From contig CALABO010000013.1 of the NCBI GenBank assembly GCA_937885575.1, positions 46,438-110,437 on the forward strand: DNA of 64,000 nucleotides. Direction: 5' to 3'. The position numbers were made by a program, and so were the translations under genes. The notes beneath the pieces were generated by a model, which was given only the letters and a program-made list of their open reading frames with translations, made no database searches and was not told the origin of the DNA. The DNA is from an uncultured Pseudomonadota bacterium (lineage in GTDB: Bacteria; Pseudomonadota; Alphaproteobacteria; Rs-D84). Positions 38,186-48,265 of this stretch are shown here, in pieces. Positions within the stretch are counted from its first letter, which is position 1; each line of letters opens with the position of its first letter.

Positions 38186-38643
38186 TGCAAGATAGAAAAT
38201 TAGATCTTCATCGTGGCAGTAAAGATTTTAAGATGTTGGGTTGGCCATTTGTTACGGCCTTGTTTTTCGAGATTGATTTTTATGAAAGTGATTTAAATTC
38301 TATAAATTATATAAAATCACACCCCTTATTTCGATATGTAAACGGAAATGTTTTTGGCAATACAATGGGTATAAGTATGGACGTATATTTTGTTCGGACA
38401 GTTTTTTATGAACAATTTTTTGATGACCAAAATTTAACACCAAGGGCTCAATTTTGGTTGAGAACATATCTTGGAAATATGTATAAGATTATGGAAAGCT
38501 TCGGTATAGAGATAACTGATAAAGAAGGTAATTATGTATTTGACGAAAAAGGTGAAATAAAAACTACGTCATATGCTGAAATATTCGCACTTCGCCGACC
38601 ACTTATTGAAAGATGGCTTGAACGCGGTAAAGCATGGAGTTAG
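38185..38643 (+). CDS. Hypothetical protein (152 aa) wedged between queA and tgt
   Basis: The ATG overlaps the queA stop (TAATG), and its stop lies 3 nt before the tgt ATG. Visibly AT-rich. No motif recognised. Confidence 0.6.
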   Translation: MQDRKLDLHRGSKDFKMLGWPFVTALFFEIDFYESDLNSINYIKSHPLFRYVNGNVFGNTMGISMDVYFVRTVFYEQFFDDQNLTPRAQFWLRTYLGNMYKIMESFGIEITDKEGNYVFDEKGEIKTTSYAEIFALRRPLIERWLERGKAWS

Positions 38644-38646
38644 AAA

Positions 38647-39753
38647 ATGTCACTAAAATTTTGTCTTTTAGCAACGGATGGGAATGCACGGCGGGGCAGT
38701 GTGGAAACCGCACATGGAACTTTTCAAACGCCGGCGTTTATGGCGGTTGGTACGGCGGCAACGGTCAAGGCACTTACCATGGACCAAGTGGCGGCGACGG
38801 GAACCCAGGTTATTTTGGGCAACACATATCATCTGATGATGCGGCCCGGCGGTGAATTGGTGGAACGCATGGGCGGGCTGCATAAATTCAGTGGTTGGCA
38901 CGGGCCGATTTTGACGGACAGTGGCGGTTTTCAGGTTATGTCGCTTTCGAACCTTGTTAAAATGAAGGAAGAGGGCGTAGAATTCACATCGCACATTGAC
39001 GGCGGAATTAAACATTTCCTGCGGCCCGAAGATTCTGTGCATATTCAACATCAATTGGATTCCAATATCACAATGGTTTTGGACGAATGTTTGAAATTAC
39101 CGACAACGCGCGAACGCGCGGAAAAAAATGTTGATATGGTGACGCGTTGGGCGGCGCGCAGTAAAAACGCGTTTGTTGATCGCCCTGGCTATGGTATTTT
39201 CGGCATTGTCCAAGGTGCGGATTATCCCGACCTGCGTGAAAAGTCCGCACGGGAACTGACCGCAATTGGGTTTGACGGGTATGCAATTGGCGGATTGGCC
39301 GTTGGTGAACCGCAAAGCGTTATGTTTGATATGATATCGGTTGTTGCGCCAATGTTGCCAACGGATAAACCGCGGTATTTAATGGGCGTTGGAACACCAC
39401 TGGATATTTTGGGTGCGGTGGAACGCGGTGTCGATATGTTTGATTGTGTTATGCCAACGCGCGCGGGTCGCACCGCGATGGCGTTTACGCGCCATGGCAC
39501 AATGAATATGCGCAACGCGAAATACCGCGATGATGATGCGCCATTGGACGACAAATGTGGTTGCCCGGCGTGTAAACTTTCGCGCGCGTATTTGCACCAC
39601 CTTATAAAGTGCAATGAAATTTTGGGTGCAACGCTTCTCACGCAACACAACCTTTGGTTCTATCAAGACCTGATGCGCGACATTCGCGAAAGCATAGAGC
39701 AGGGCCGTTTTGCCGAATTCAAGGCAGAGTTTATAAAGAATTATACCGAATAA
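38647..39753 (+). CDS. tgt: tRNA-guanine transglycosylase
   Basis: Contains ..TDSGGFQV.., ..GLAVGE.. and the zinc site CGCPAC. Confidence 0.93.
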   Translation: MSLKFCLLATDGNARRGSVETAHGTFQTPAFMAVGTAATVKALTMDQVAATGTQVILGNTYHLMMRPGGELVERMGGLHKFSGWHGPILTDSGGFQVMSLSNLVKMKEEGVEFTSHIDGGIKHFLRPEDSVHIQHQLDSNITMVLDECLKLPTTRERAEKNVDMVTRWAARSKNAFVDRPGYGIFGIVQGADYPDLREKSARELTAIGFDGYAIGGLAVGEPQSVMFDMISVVAPMLPTDKPRYLMGVGTPLDILGAVERGVDMFDCVMPTRAGRTAMAFTRHGTMNMRNAKYRDDDAPLDDKCGCPACKLSRAYLHHLIKCNEILGATLLTQHNLWFYQDLMRDIRESIEQGRFAEFKAEFIKNYTE

Positions 39754-39807
39754 AAAAACTGGACAAAATAAAATATTGCGCTATTATGCCCGTAAAAGGA
39801 CACTATT

Positions 39808-41697
39808 ATGAGCAAGGCGTTTGTTGTTGAATGGTCACCCATGGTTTATGGTTGTCCAATAGTTGGTAAAATTGATTATGCCCGCAGGTTCTATCATTAT
39901 GACGACCCTGATCCGCGAAGAAATGAATGTAATTTTGCGTTCAATTGGTTTGGCGTGCTGCACAAATGTTCTTACCTTGTGAACAGTGCGTACGAGGCCA
40001 AGGTTTTGACACGTTTATTAAAGTGTGTTTCAAATTTCCAAATGTATTGCGACGTTCATGATGAAATTAATAACAAAAATAATAATCTGGGCGCGTATTT
40101 ATACAATTTCAAAAAAGAAATTGAATCTTTGGGAAATGAAGAGGGGCGTAGAGGTTGGCGGTATGTTTATAATCGTGCCGAAAACCAAAATATTCACAAA
40201 GATGTGCCGTTTGATATATCAGAAATAGAGCAACCATTAAAACTGGGGCCCTGCTTTTTCTATGACCAATATAAAATGCACGATGAAAACGGCCATCCAT
40301 TATACATGGCGGTGGCTGTTGAAAGGAAAAATGATGGCACGGAAGATGCCGACTTGTTTAATTACAAAGTAAAATTTATTGGTTCGGGCCAACCGTTACC
40401 AAAACAATGGCAACCTATTTCATTGTGTAATGATGTGGCATGTTACAATCAGAAATCTGCGAAATATAAACGCGAACACGCGGCTGAATATGAAAATTAT
40501 GCAAATAAAATTTGGGCACGGATAACAGATTCAGATTATAAAAAGAAGTTTGAAACATATAGTTATAAAGAAGCACTAGAGTGGGATGGATGTGAAGCCA
40601 CAAGAAAAGGAATATCTTGTCCTAATGCTTCGCGTGCGTGGGGTGTTGGAAAGTTAGAGTGTTGTGATCCCTGGTGCGGTCTCAGAAAAATAAAATATCG
40701 TACCATACATCATGATGGAAAAGCTTTTTATAATAATTTTGAACATATTTTTGGCTCGGAACTGGCGCAACTGGCCAAAAATGGTGCGCTTAAGGACCAA
40801 CACAAATCTTTGATGCCAGATTTTTCGGACCCAGAATTCATAGATAAATTTAATAAGGCCCAAGGTGGTATTCAGTGCCTTAGTTATTTTGATGATAACG
40901 GCAATATTCAAAACCGTCGAAAACATTTGTATGGAACGCTGCAACATATAAAATATTGGGCGCAACATCCTGATTTTGATGTTTTGCGGTTTGTATATTG
41001 TGGTGAAGTTCATACAATATCAAGCCTGAACACAAAAACGGAACAAATTGAACCCGAAGTCACGGAAGATCCGGCAATATTCCCAACGGATTTAAAAACA
41101 CGATTGTTATGGCATAATATGGATCGTGTAGAATATCCAGCAATATATATGAAAAGCCCCGGGTGTACAAGAATAGTAGAAAGCGACCTATATGCCGCAT
41201 ATGATTATGTTAACGTGGACGAGCACATATATTATGACAATACGGAGACACATGTAGTATACGCAAAACCAAAGTCAAAAGGCAAAAAAGAAACAACATA
41301 CTATTTCCCGCATCCATGGAACAGGTTGGGGTATAATTTGGAATATTTAATGTGTGAGGTGCATGATATTCAAACACATGACACCAATCTTAGATGGGCA
41401 CCATCAAAATTATTCCCAGAAGACAAAGAAAGAATAGAAGTTATGCGGGCCAATGTTGATTATAATGGTATAACAATATTGAATCCACAAAAAATGTCCC
41501 CAATCAAATGTGAATACTATGAGATACGACCCTCGCTATATGATACAGTGGTGCATGCACAAACAGGGGCCCGAATCTATTGCAATAATATTTTCTTGTT
41601 CGATCAAAAAGGACAGGTGTCGGGGATTATTCATACTTGGCATGCCGATAAGATAATTCCGCATATAATTGCGCGCAACATGGTGCCCCAAAAATAA
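39808..41697 (+). CDS. Hypothetical protein (629 aa), Cys/Trp/Tyr-rich, no signal peptide
   Basis: Long uninterrupted AT-rich ORF. No motif recognised. Confidence 0.6.
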   Translation: MSKAFVVEWSPMVYGCPIVGKIDYARRFYHYDDPDPRRNECNFAFNWFGVLHKCSYLVNSAYEAKVLTRLLKCVSNFQMYCDVHDEINNKNNNLGAYLYNFKKEIESLGNEEGRRGWRYVYNRAENQNIHKDVPFDISEIEQPLKLGPCFFYDQYKMHDENGHPLYMAVAVERKNDGTEDADLFNYKVKFIGSGQPLPKQWQPISLCNDVACYNQKSAKYKREHAAEYENYANKIWARITDSDYKKKFETYSYKEALEWDGCEATRKGISCPNASRAWGVGKLECCDPWCGLRKIKYRTIHHDGKAFYNNFEHIFGSELAQLAKNGALKDQHKSLMPDFSDPEFIDKFNKAQGGIQCLSYFDDNGNIQNRRKHLYGTLQHIKYWAQHPDFDVLRFVYCGEVHTISSLNTKTEQIEPEVTEDPAIFPTDLKTRLLWHNMDRVEYPAIYMKSPGCTRIVESDLYAAYDYVNVDEHIYYDNTETHVVYAKPKSKGKKETTYYFPHPWNRLGYNLEYLMCEVHDIQTHDTNLRWAPSKLFPEDKERIEVMRANVDYNGITILNPQKMSPIKCEYYEIRPSLYDTVVHAQTGARIYCNNIFLFDQKGQVSGIIHTWHADKIIPHIIARNMVPQK

Positions 41698-41760
41698 TTT
41701 ATATTGCAATGAAATTTGTTTCTTTGTTAGAATAAGAATAATGAAAGCAAAGGAGAAAAC

Positions 41761-42735
41761 ATGCCAAAGAAAAAAGAAATCGAAGTAATCGACCGCGGTG
41801 GCGCGAAAACCGTCGCGAAAAAAACATCTGTGGTGACACACGCGCGGCGCATATTTTTAATCGTGTCTGTTTTGTGGATTGCGTTCGTTGTGTGGTTTCC
41901 GTTGCATGTCAAAAATAAATATTCTGATTCGATAAAGCAATCGACCGTTGTTGCAATTTTCTATGACTTGCAACGCAATGTTGCGGAACAATATGAACGG
42001 ATGCTGAACGGAATTAAAAATGCGATAAACCTTGAAAAGCCGGTTGCGATTGCGATTGACAAGGTAAAGATGGTTGAAAATCAAGTGAACAAAGTGACCG
42101 ATACAACGGCCAAAGCCAAAGAACAAACCGCCAAGGTCAAAGAACAAACATCGGGTGTTCGTGGTCTTACCGGTCTTGCCAATCGTTTCGGAATCAATAC
42201 CGACGCGGTGGATAATGCCTTGGACCGTGCGGACGGTGCTGTGGATCGGGCTAACGCGGCGGTCGATAAAGTCGATAATGTCGCAAAAATGGTAAATGAA
42301 AAATTGGACGGCGTTGAAAAAGAACTGACCCGCGTCACACAGTTAGAGGTTGATAAAGTAATCGACACCGCAATCAAAAGCCAAATGGATTCGGCGGTTG
42401 CGATGCTGTTCACGAAATATGACGTAAAGCATGTGTACCCGTGGGAACCATCGTCTTGGCCGACCGCGCGCAAGATTTATCGCGAACTGGCGAATTCCAA
42501 TCTGGATTTTGTTCAAACGATTATCAAGACCGTGAACAAATATTTCGGCTATGTGATTTGGACTTTCGTAATCGCGGCATGGGCGCTGGGGCTTTATATC
42601 TGGACATTTATGAACAGGTGGTACAAAGCGACGATTGCGCCGTTCATCGTGTGCCCACGCTGTGGCCACACATTTGCGGATCGACGCACAGCAATGAGTT
42701 TCTTGAAATTATTGCAGCCGTGGAAATGGTTTTAA
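41761..42735 (+). CDS. Hypothetical membrane / coiled-coil protein (324 aa)
   Basis: N-terminal TM (IFLIVSVLWIAFVVWF), repetitive Ala/Asp/Lys helical middle, C-terminal TM pair, and a CPRCGH motif. Confidence 0.6.
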   Translation: MPKKKEIEVIDRGGAKTVAKKTSVVTHARRIFLIVSVLWIAFVVWFPLHVKNKYSDSIKQSTVVAIFYDLQRNVAEQYERMLNGIKNAINLEKPVAIAIDKVKMVENQVNKVTDTTAKAKEQTAKVKEQTSGVRGLTGLANRFGINTDAVDNALDRADGAVDRANAAVDKVDNVAKMVNEKLDGVEKELTRVTQLEVDKVIDTAIKSQMDSAVAMLFTKYDVKHVYPWEPSSWPTARKIYRELANSNLDFVQTIIKTVNKYFGYVIWTFVIAAWALGLYIWTFMNRWYKATIAPFIVCPRCGHTFADRRTAMSFLKLLQPWKWF

Positions 42736-42750
42736 TGGTTATTTACCAAC

Positions 42751-42775
42751 ACCGCCCCATCCGGGGCGGTTTTTG
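42751..42775 (+). terminator. Intrinsic terminator
   Basis: accgcccc-atcc-ggggcggt followed by ttttg. Confidence 0.8.
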
Positions 42776-42832
42776 TATGAATATTTTTTGCTTGCAAATT
42801 GAATTTTTGTGTGTAAAAATACTTCACACAGT

Positions 42833-42909
42833 GCGAGCGTAGCTCAGTTGGCTAGAGCGCAACCTTGCCAAGGTTGAGGTCGAGGGTTCGAGCCCCTTTG
42901 CTCGCACCA
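42833..42909 (+). tRNA. tRNA-Gly (anticodon GCC)
   Basis: 77-nt cloverleaf with anticodon loop tTGCCaa, T-loop TTCGAGC and encoded CCA. A TTGCAA promoter-like hexamer lies at 42792. Confidence 0.9.
42893..42909 (+). repeat. attL core (tRNA-Gly 3' end)
   Basis: Identical 17-mer recurs at 51873-51889. Confidence 0.85.
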
Positions 42910-43042
42910 AAGTTTTTTATTAGAAATCCGGGCGTTTGCACCGGATTTTTTGTTTTTTATGCAAAATTACTGGTGCGGATAATGTTTTGAATTTTCAACA
43001 TTTTTTGCTTTGACACACTTGAAAAATAAAGGAAAATTAACT

Positions 43043-44578
43043 ATGTTCAGGAAGTGTAAAGCAAATTGTCAAGCAAATGACAACCTTTATATTAGAGGCA
43101 ATGTGTTTTATTATATGGTTGAATTACCGCGTCAAGATGGTAAACGCCGATATTTTATAAAATCGTTGCATACGAAAAATTATTATGAAGCGTTGGAAAA
43201 GACAAAAAACATGAAAAAAGCGGTGGAATTGCATACCATGGATACGAAAAGATTGTTAAAACGTGCCAAAGAATTGATGGGTAGAGTCGTTTTTGATACC
43301 ATTGACGTTAACGTGGATAATGGAAATGGACAGATTATCACCACGCAGCAAAGGCGTATTTCTGCAAAAACAGATGTTAAAGTGGTTGAGGAATTATGGG
43401 ATGTTATTTCAAAATTATATCAACCACATACCAACAGAACGCTTGATGACGATGATTTAAAACTGATTGCCGAAATTGTAAATATGCGTGTTGATGCAGA
43501 AAATGAAAAATTGATGGAAATGCTGCAATCTAAATTGAACGGCGTATTAAATAACACTCCGCCATCGGCAAATGAAACGATTGTGGACATTTTAACCAAA
43601 TGGAAAAATAGTATATCAACCAAAAATTGCGAAACGGAAGCGAAACGCAAAGAAAGCGTAATAATTAAAATGGTTGATTGGGTTGGTCTGAAATTGACCG
43701 ATAAATACTTGGATTTTTACAACCTTGATAACATCCAGAAAATTTGTAAATGTATCAAAGAAAATGACGACGTTAAGGGGAACACAAAGCGAAAATATGC
43801 TAGATACTTGCGTGAATTTATTAAATATGCGCCAAGGGTAAATTCAGCATATCAAACAGATTTGGCGGAAGAAATAAGTGATTTTGATAAAACTTCTGCT
43901 ATTGATACCAAAGGCCATATGCAATATACGCGTGAACATTTAATGCAGATATTTGACCCAAAGCAAACGTTTTTTAATGAAAATGAAGACCAGTTCTGGT
44001 TTGTGATAATCGCTTTATTTACTGGCGCACGTCGTAATGCGGCAACAACACTGCAATATGGCGATGTTATAAATAAGGATGGTATCGATTGTATCCAGTT
44101 TAGGCGGAATCATCCAATTAAAATGTTAAAAAACGATGAATCAGAGCGTTTGGTTCCAATGGCACAACAATTATTAAATTTGGGATTTGTTGATTACATA
44201 AATCGCCGTAAAGCCAAGTTAAATGCCGAAGATACGGATTTTATATTCCCAAATTGTCAGCGTAAGGACGGTAAATATAACACTAATGTTGTTCAAAAGG
44301 GGTTCTTGCAATATATCAAAGATTTAGGAATAAAACAACCTGATGGCGACCAGTATGATTTTCATTCATTGCGGAATAATGCAACGGAAATATTGGAAAA
44401 TGCAGGTGTTTCACAGATATTTATCAACAAGATAATTGGTTGGAAAGGTCAAAACACTATGCAACAACATTATTCCAAACGCAGATTGGACGAAATTAAA
44501 ATAGAAGTCGATAAATTGCGGTATGATTTTTTACAACCAGAATTTGACGTCTGGGCGGAAATAATGGCGAAAAAATAA
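43043..44578 (+). CDS. int: Tyrosine recombinase / phage-type integrase
   Basis: 511 aa from ATG 43043 (AAGGA RBS). Catalytic pattern ..TGARRNA.., ..FHSLRNN.. and ..GWKGQNTMQQHYSK... Confidence 0.85.
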   Translation: MFRKCKANCQANDNLYIRGNVFYYMVELPRQDGKRRYFIKSLHTKNYYEALEKTKNMKKAVELHTMDTKRLLKRAKELMGRVVFDTIDVNVDNGNGQIITTQQRRISAKTDVKVVEELWDVISKLYQPHTNRTLDDDDLKLIAEIVNMRVDAENEKLMEMLQSKLNGVLNNTPPSANETIVDILTKWKNSISTKNCETEAKRKESVIIKMVDWVGLKLTDKYLDFYNLDNIQKICKCIKENDDVKGNTKRKYARYLREFIKYAPRVNSAYQTDLAEEISDFDKTSAIDTKGHMQYTREHLMQIFDPKQTFFNENEDQFWFVIIALFTGARRNAATTLQYGDVINKDGIDCIQFRRNHPIKMLKNDESERLVPMAQQLLNLGFVDYINRRKAKLNAEDTDFIFPNCQRKDGKYNTNVVQKGFLQYIKDLGIKQPDGDQYDFHSLRNNATEILENAGVSQIFINKIIGWKGQNTMQQHYSKRRLDEIKIEVDKLRYDFLQPEFDVWAEIMAKK

Positions 44579-44698
44579 TATGCGCTGGATGGTCGTCTGT
44601 ATTTAATTTGCAAATACATATTTACCATCCAGGCGTATCGACCCAATGCAATTTAGAGAAAACGCGCTTAGGGGCAAATAGTGATTTATTTACTCCTG

Positions 44699-46498
44699 TT
44701 ATTCAGTAGGTGTATGTAACCCTGGGACTTTTGAATTCATTTCCTTTATTTCCGCCAGTTGTTTTTCTTCAAATTTTTGTAATTCCTTTTGGGTTTTGAA
44801 CCCAAGAATTTCCATATATTTTGTTTGGATGGTTTGATAAAATATTGTGGCTTTTTCTTCAAGCCGTTGAACAAGCATTCGTAAAAATCTATTGCAGCAG
44901 ACGCATTGGCAAAATTCGTAAGTAATATATTCATCAAAAATATGGTTTGCAGCTTCATAAAAATTATCCGGCATATTTGTGCATTTGGTTGTATCTTCTG
45001 CTTGTTTCAAACGTCGGAATAAATCCAATGCTAATATACCGCCACGGTCTTTGGTCCAAGATGTTTGTAAAATCACTTGTTCGCTTAATAGCGTATCGTC
45101 ATCATCTTCTTCCCAATAATCTGCTTCCGTTGGTTCGGGGCATTCTATCTGTGGCAGTTCAGCTGGATTCGATATTGCGGTGAAATATGGCAACAAGCAA
45201 TCATATAATTCGACTTTGGAAATTTTGCTGATTTTTTCATATTTGGTGTTCAGAACATCAAATTTTTCACGTATCTTTAAATACTGTTCACCATACACTA
45301 TATACCACTTCGTGCTGCAATTTCCATAATCTGTTTTTCTATAAATTAAACCTTGTTCTGCCAGATATTCCAACGCATCTGGTACTGCATCTCGACGTTC
45401 TGGATTTATTAATTGTGTATGGCGAGAGTTTTTAATATGTTCATAAATATAACTTGGTGTTAACAATACGGTTTGATTCATTGTCGTCGGATTAGCAGGA
45501 CACGTAAGTTCCATATTTTGATGTATGTATGCTAAAATATCCGCCATTGCGGTCATACTGACGGCATTTTCATTATTTATTGATACGACCTTATATAAAT
45601 CGTGGTAATGTTCAAAATTTGGCAAAGAATCCATAATATTTGTTATAATTTTTGTTAGTGTGCCTTCGCCTAATGGGCGACAGTTTAATCTTTTGCCAAA
45701 TTTAATGGTGGCAATACGTCGTTGCCTTAAATAAACCATATCGTTTGATGCAAAAATGACGTTGGTATTCACGTGGAATAAATATTGTCGTTTATTCTTT
45801 GGGTTGAGTTCGGTGTCACCACCATTTATTAAATTCAACACATTTTCACGTTGAATATCAGCAGATTTTGCTTCATCAAAATAAACAACATGGGTTTTAT
45901 ATATTCTCTCTTCGTGTGGCGATAATAAAAGTTTAACAGAATTCGCTTTAAATACTGGACCATATTGTTCTTCTACTTTCATAATAGCCTTGGCGGTTGC
46001 AGATTTGCCATTATGTGCAACACCGTTGAAAAACACACATAATTTATCGTCTTGTTCAAGTTCGCCATCGCGTAAATACTTCACTTGCATTAAAAAACAC
46101 ACCAACCCAAGATAACTTTTTTCATCAACCAGATTCAACCGATACAGATTATCCACCAATTTATTGATGTCAGGACATGTGTTTTCTTTCGCTTTTACAA
46201 TATTTTGATTGTATTTTTCGTGTTGAATTTCTTCTTTTTTGCGTTCGATTTTATCGGCAATACGGTCAATCGTTTTTGGTTGCCTTTCAATCAACGTTGC
46301 AATTCGTGGGGTGATATTATAATTCCGTTCTTCGCCAGTAATATCATCCGTGGTTTTATACCTAATCGGGTTTTCTTTGAACGCTTCCATTGTGATGTCG
46401 TATGCGTTCGCCTGATTAAATTCAATGTTTCTGTATGCACAATAAATAGCAATTATGCTTTCGTGTTCGTGCGTTAGCGATATTTTACTCTTCGCCAT
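44699..46498 (-). CDS. P-loop NTPase, SF3 helicase-like (primase-helicase of satellite/plasmid type)
   Basis: 599 aa. Walker A GVAHNGKS, Walker B VVYFDEA, then ..NVIFASND... Confidence 0.55.
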   Translation of the reverse strand: MAKSKISLTHEHESIIAIYCAYRNIEFNQANAYDITMEAFKENPIRYKTTDDITGEERNYNITPRIATLIERQPKTIDRIADKIERKKEEIQHEKYNQNIVKAKENTCPDINKLVDNLYRLNLVDEKSYLGLVCFLMQVKYLRDGELEQDDKLCVFFNGVAHNGKSATAKAIMKVEEQYGPVFKANSVKLLLSPHEERIYKTHVVYFDEAKSADIQRENVLNLINGGDTELNPKNKRQYLFHVNTNVIFASNDMVYLRQRRIATIKFGKRLNCRPLGEGTLTKIITNIMDSLPNFEHYHDLYKVVSINNENAVSMTAMADILAYIHQNMELTCPANPTTMNQTVLLTPSYIYEHIKNSRHTQLINPERRDAVPDALEYLAEQGLIYRKTDYGNCSTKWYIVYGEQYLKIREKFDVLNTKYEKISKISKVELYDCLLPYFTAISNPAELPQIECPEPTEADYWEEDDDDTLLSEQVILQTSWTKDRGGILALDLFRRLKQAEDTTKCTNMPDNFYEAANHIFDEYITYEFCQCVCCNRFLRMLVQRLEEKATIFYQTIQTKYMEILGFKTQKELQKFEEKQLAEIKEMNSKVPGLHTPTE

Positions 46499-47009
46499 CG
46501 TATTACTCCTTTTAAATTATTAACAAATCGCGCACAGAATTTCCCCGTGCATATATATAGAATGTGTAAAAATTTGATGACCCCGAAAAAAATTTTTCTT
46601 TTTTATGATTTGGACGGTTCGACCTGCGTTTTTTTTAAAATCTCATTTTGATGTTTTTAATTTATTTTTTGCATAAATTGTCGAACAAAAAAATCTTGTT
46701 TTGTTCGTAAATTCAATTAGTTATATGATTTCTTCACTAGACTTTTTAATATATTTTTCTTTTCGCACACGTGATATAAGTGCAAAAAGTATCACAAAAT
46801 AACCCCTAAAAGTGCCAATCCAAAAAATTTGATTTTGGTTCAGTGTCGATTAAAAAGTGGTTCAATAAATTATAAGGTTCGGTTGGTATTACAGGCTGCA
46901 AATCGCTGTGATTATTAACCACCTATCTGAAAAAAACACTAAAAACGCTGAAAACCATAATATAAACACCAAAAGTAAGCGTTTGTAATGTTATATACCA
47001 AATTTAACC

Positions 47010-47549
47010 ATGGGGATTGAAAAAATGACTACGATTTGTAATACCATTTGCTGTAATACCAATACGACCATCCAAACAAAAAGTATATTACAATCGTGGT
47101 TCAGTAATATCAATCCCCAATATTTTTTGTCGGTTCAGTTTCCAAAGTATCTTCGTTCGATGGACTTGATAAAATCCAATCAAAAATTACGCAAAATAAT
47201 GTTCAACTTGGAAAAATTGCTGCTTGGTCGGCATTGGAATCGCAAACATATCCCATTTGTTGCTGTTGCTGAACACGGTAAATCTGTTCATTGGCATTAT
47301 CACATCTATGTTTATGATTGTCCTTTTACTCCCTTTGAAATGCAACAAAAGGTTCACAATCTTTTGGAAAAATTGGGATTACCACAGGAAACGTTGGATA
47401 TTAAACCCATATTAACATCGGGGGTATATTCGTATACATCCAAAGAATTTATTACCGATGTTAATTACCACTTTGATTCAAACCGCATAATTACATCTGA
47501 AATTCTGTTTGACCTTCAACGTAAATTACCGACGCATATCAAAGGATGA
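47010..47549 (+). CDS. HUH-type rolling-circle replication initiator (small Rep)
   Basis: 179 aa. Motifs appear in the canonical order: FLSVQF (I), HWHYHIYVY (II, HUH), YSYTSKE (III, catalytic Tyr). Confidence 0.55.
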   Translation: MGIEKMTTICNTICCNTNTTIQTKSILQSWFSNINPQYFLSVQFPKYLRSMDLIKSNQKLRKIMFNLEKLLLGRHWNRKHIPFVAVAEHGKSVHWHYHIYVYDCPFTPFEMQQKVHNLLEKLGLPQETLDIKPILTSGVYSYTSKEFITDVNYHFDSNRIITSEILFDLQRKLPTHIKG

Positions 47550-47650
47550 CAGAGACATACCACAGGACAACGGAAATAATTTTTTTGATAACTTATACAC
47601 CGGTCAAAATTGGAGCAATTTAGGAACAATTATTTAAAAAGTAATTAAAA

Positions 47651-47682
47651 ACCACCAATTTTTATCTTGGTGGTCTTTTTTT
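47651..47682. terminator. Bidirectional intrinsic terminator
   Basis: accaccaa-tttttatc-ttggtggt flanked by A-run and T-run. Confidence 0.7.
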
Positions 47683-47821
47683 ATGCATTCACGATATTAA
47701 CGCACATCGCAATGTTATTATCTTTTAACTTTTGACGTGCGATACATGCTTGGTCGTATCGAAAATATATTTCCGGCAACACGATTCCATTTGCAACCAA
47801 TTTAAAACAAGTGCAATTCAT
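47681..47821 (-). CDS. Possible small ORF (46 aa), below the ORF-track cutoff
   Basis: The ATG lies 2 nt after the stop of 47824-48102. Translation is MNCTCFKLVANGIVLPEIYFRYDQACIARQKLKDNNIAMCVNIVNA. The stop sits inside the terminator. Confidence 0.3.
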   Translation of the reverse strand: MNCTCFKLVANGIVLPEIYFRYDQACIARQKLKDNNIAMCVNIVNA

Positions 47822-47823
47822 AA

Positions 47824-48102
47824 TTATGCCACCTTTGATTCCATAACGAATTTGTTAAACTGGGCCAATCCGCAGCGCACAGCTCTGGACTTACACCTAC
47901 CTCTTACACTGTGCTCGCCAGTATTACAATATTTTGGATATATTTCGGATATCGAATCTGCTAACTGTTCGATTGTTTTATTTTCCCATTCACAGACATA
48001 ACGAACACCGGTCAAATAATCGAACACGGTGGATGGTTGGTTATTATCTGTGAACAATTTATAACCGTTGTTAATTAACCAATTTTTAAAGTTTTTTGTC
48101 AT
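47824..48102 (-). CDS. Hypothetical protein (92 aa)
   Basis: ORF with no recognised motif. The opposite-strand ORF 47732-48001 is judged a shadow. Confidence 0.45.
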   Translation of the reverse strand: MTKNFKNWLINNGYKLFTDNNQPSTVFDYLTGVRYVCEWENKTIEQLADSISEIYPKYCNTGEHSVRGRCKSRAVRCGLAQFNKFVMESKVA

Positions 48103-48265
48103 GATTTATACCTCTTTGTTTATCATTACAGATATAATCCTACCGTGTAAAAATTGCTTTGCACACAAAAAAATGGCTAAAATCTGCCACTTTTAATAAT
48201 TTACTATTTAATTTGAATAGGTTATCAGGAATAAACTATTTGATTTAAATAGTTTATAATGCTTT

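Noticed and set aside
44585-44632. Terminator between int and the helicase gene (ctggatggt...accatccag)
   Set aside because: It has a 9-bp stem but a 30-nt loop and no flanking T-run on either strand, so the support is insufficient.
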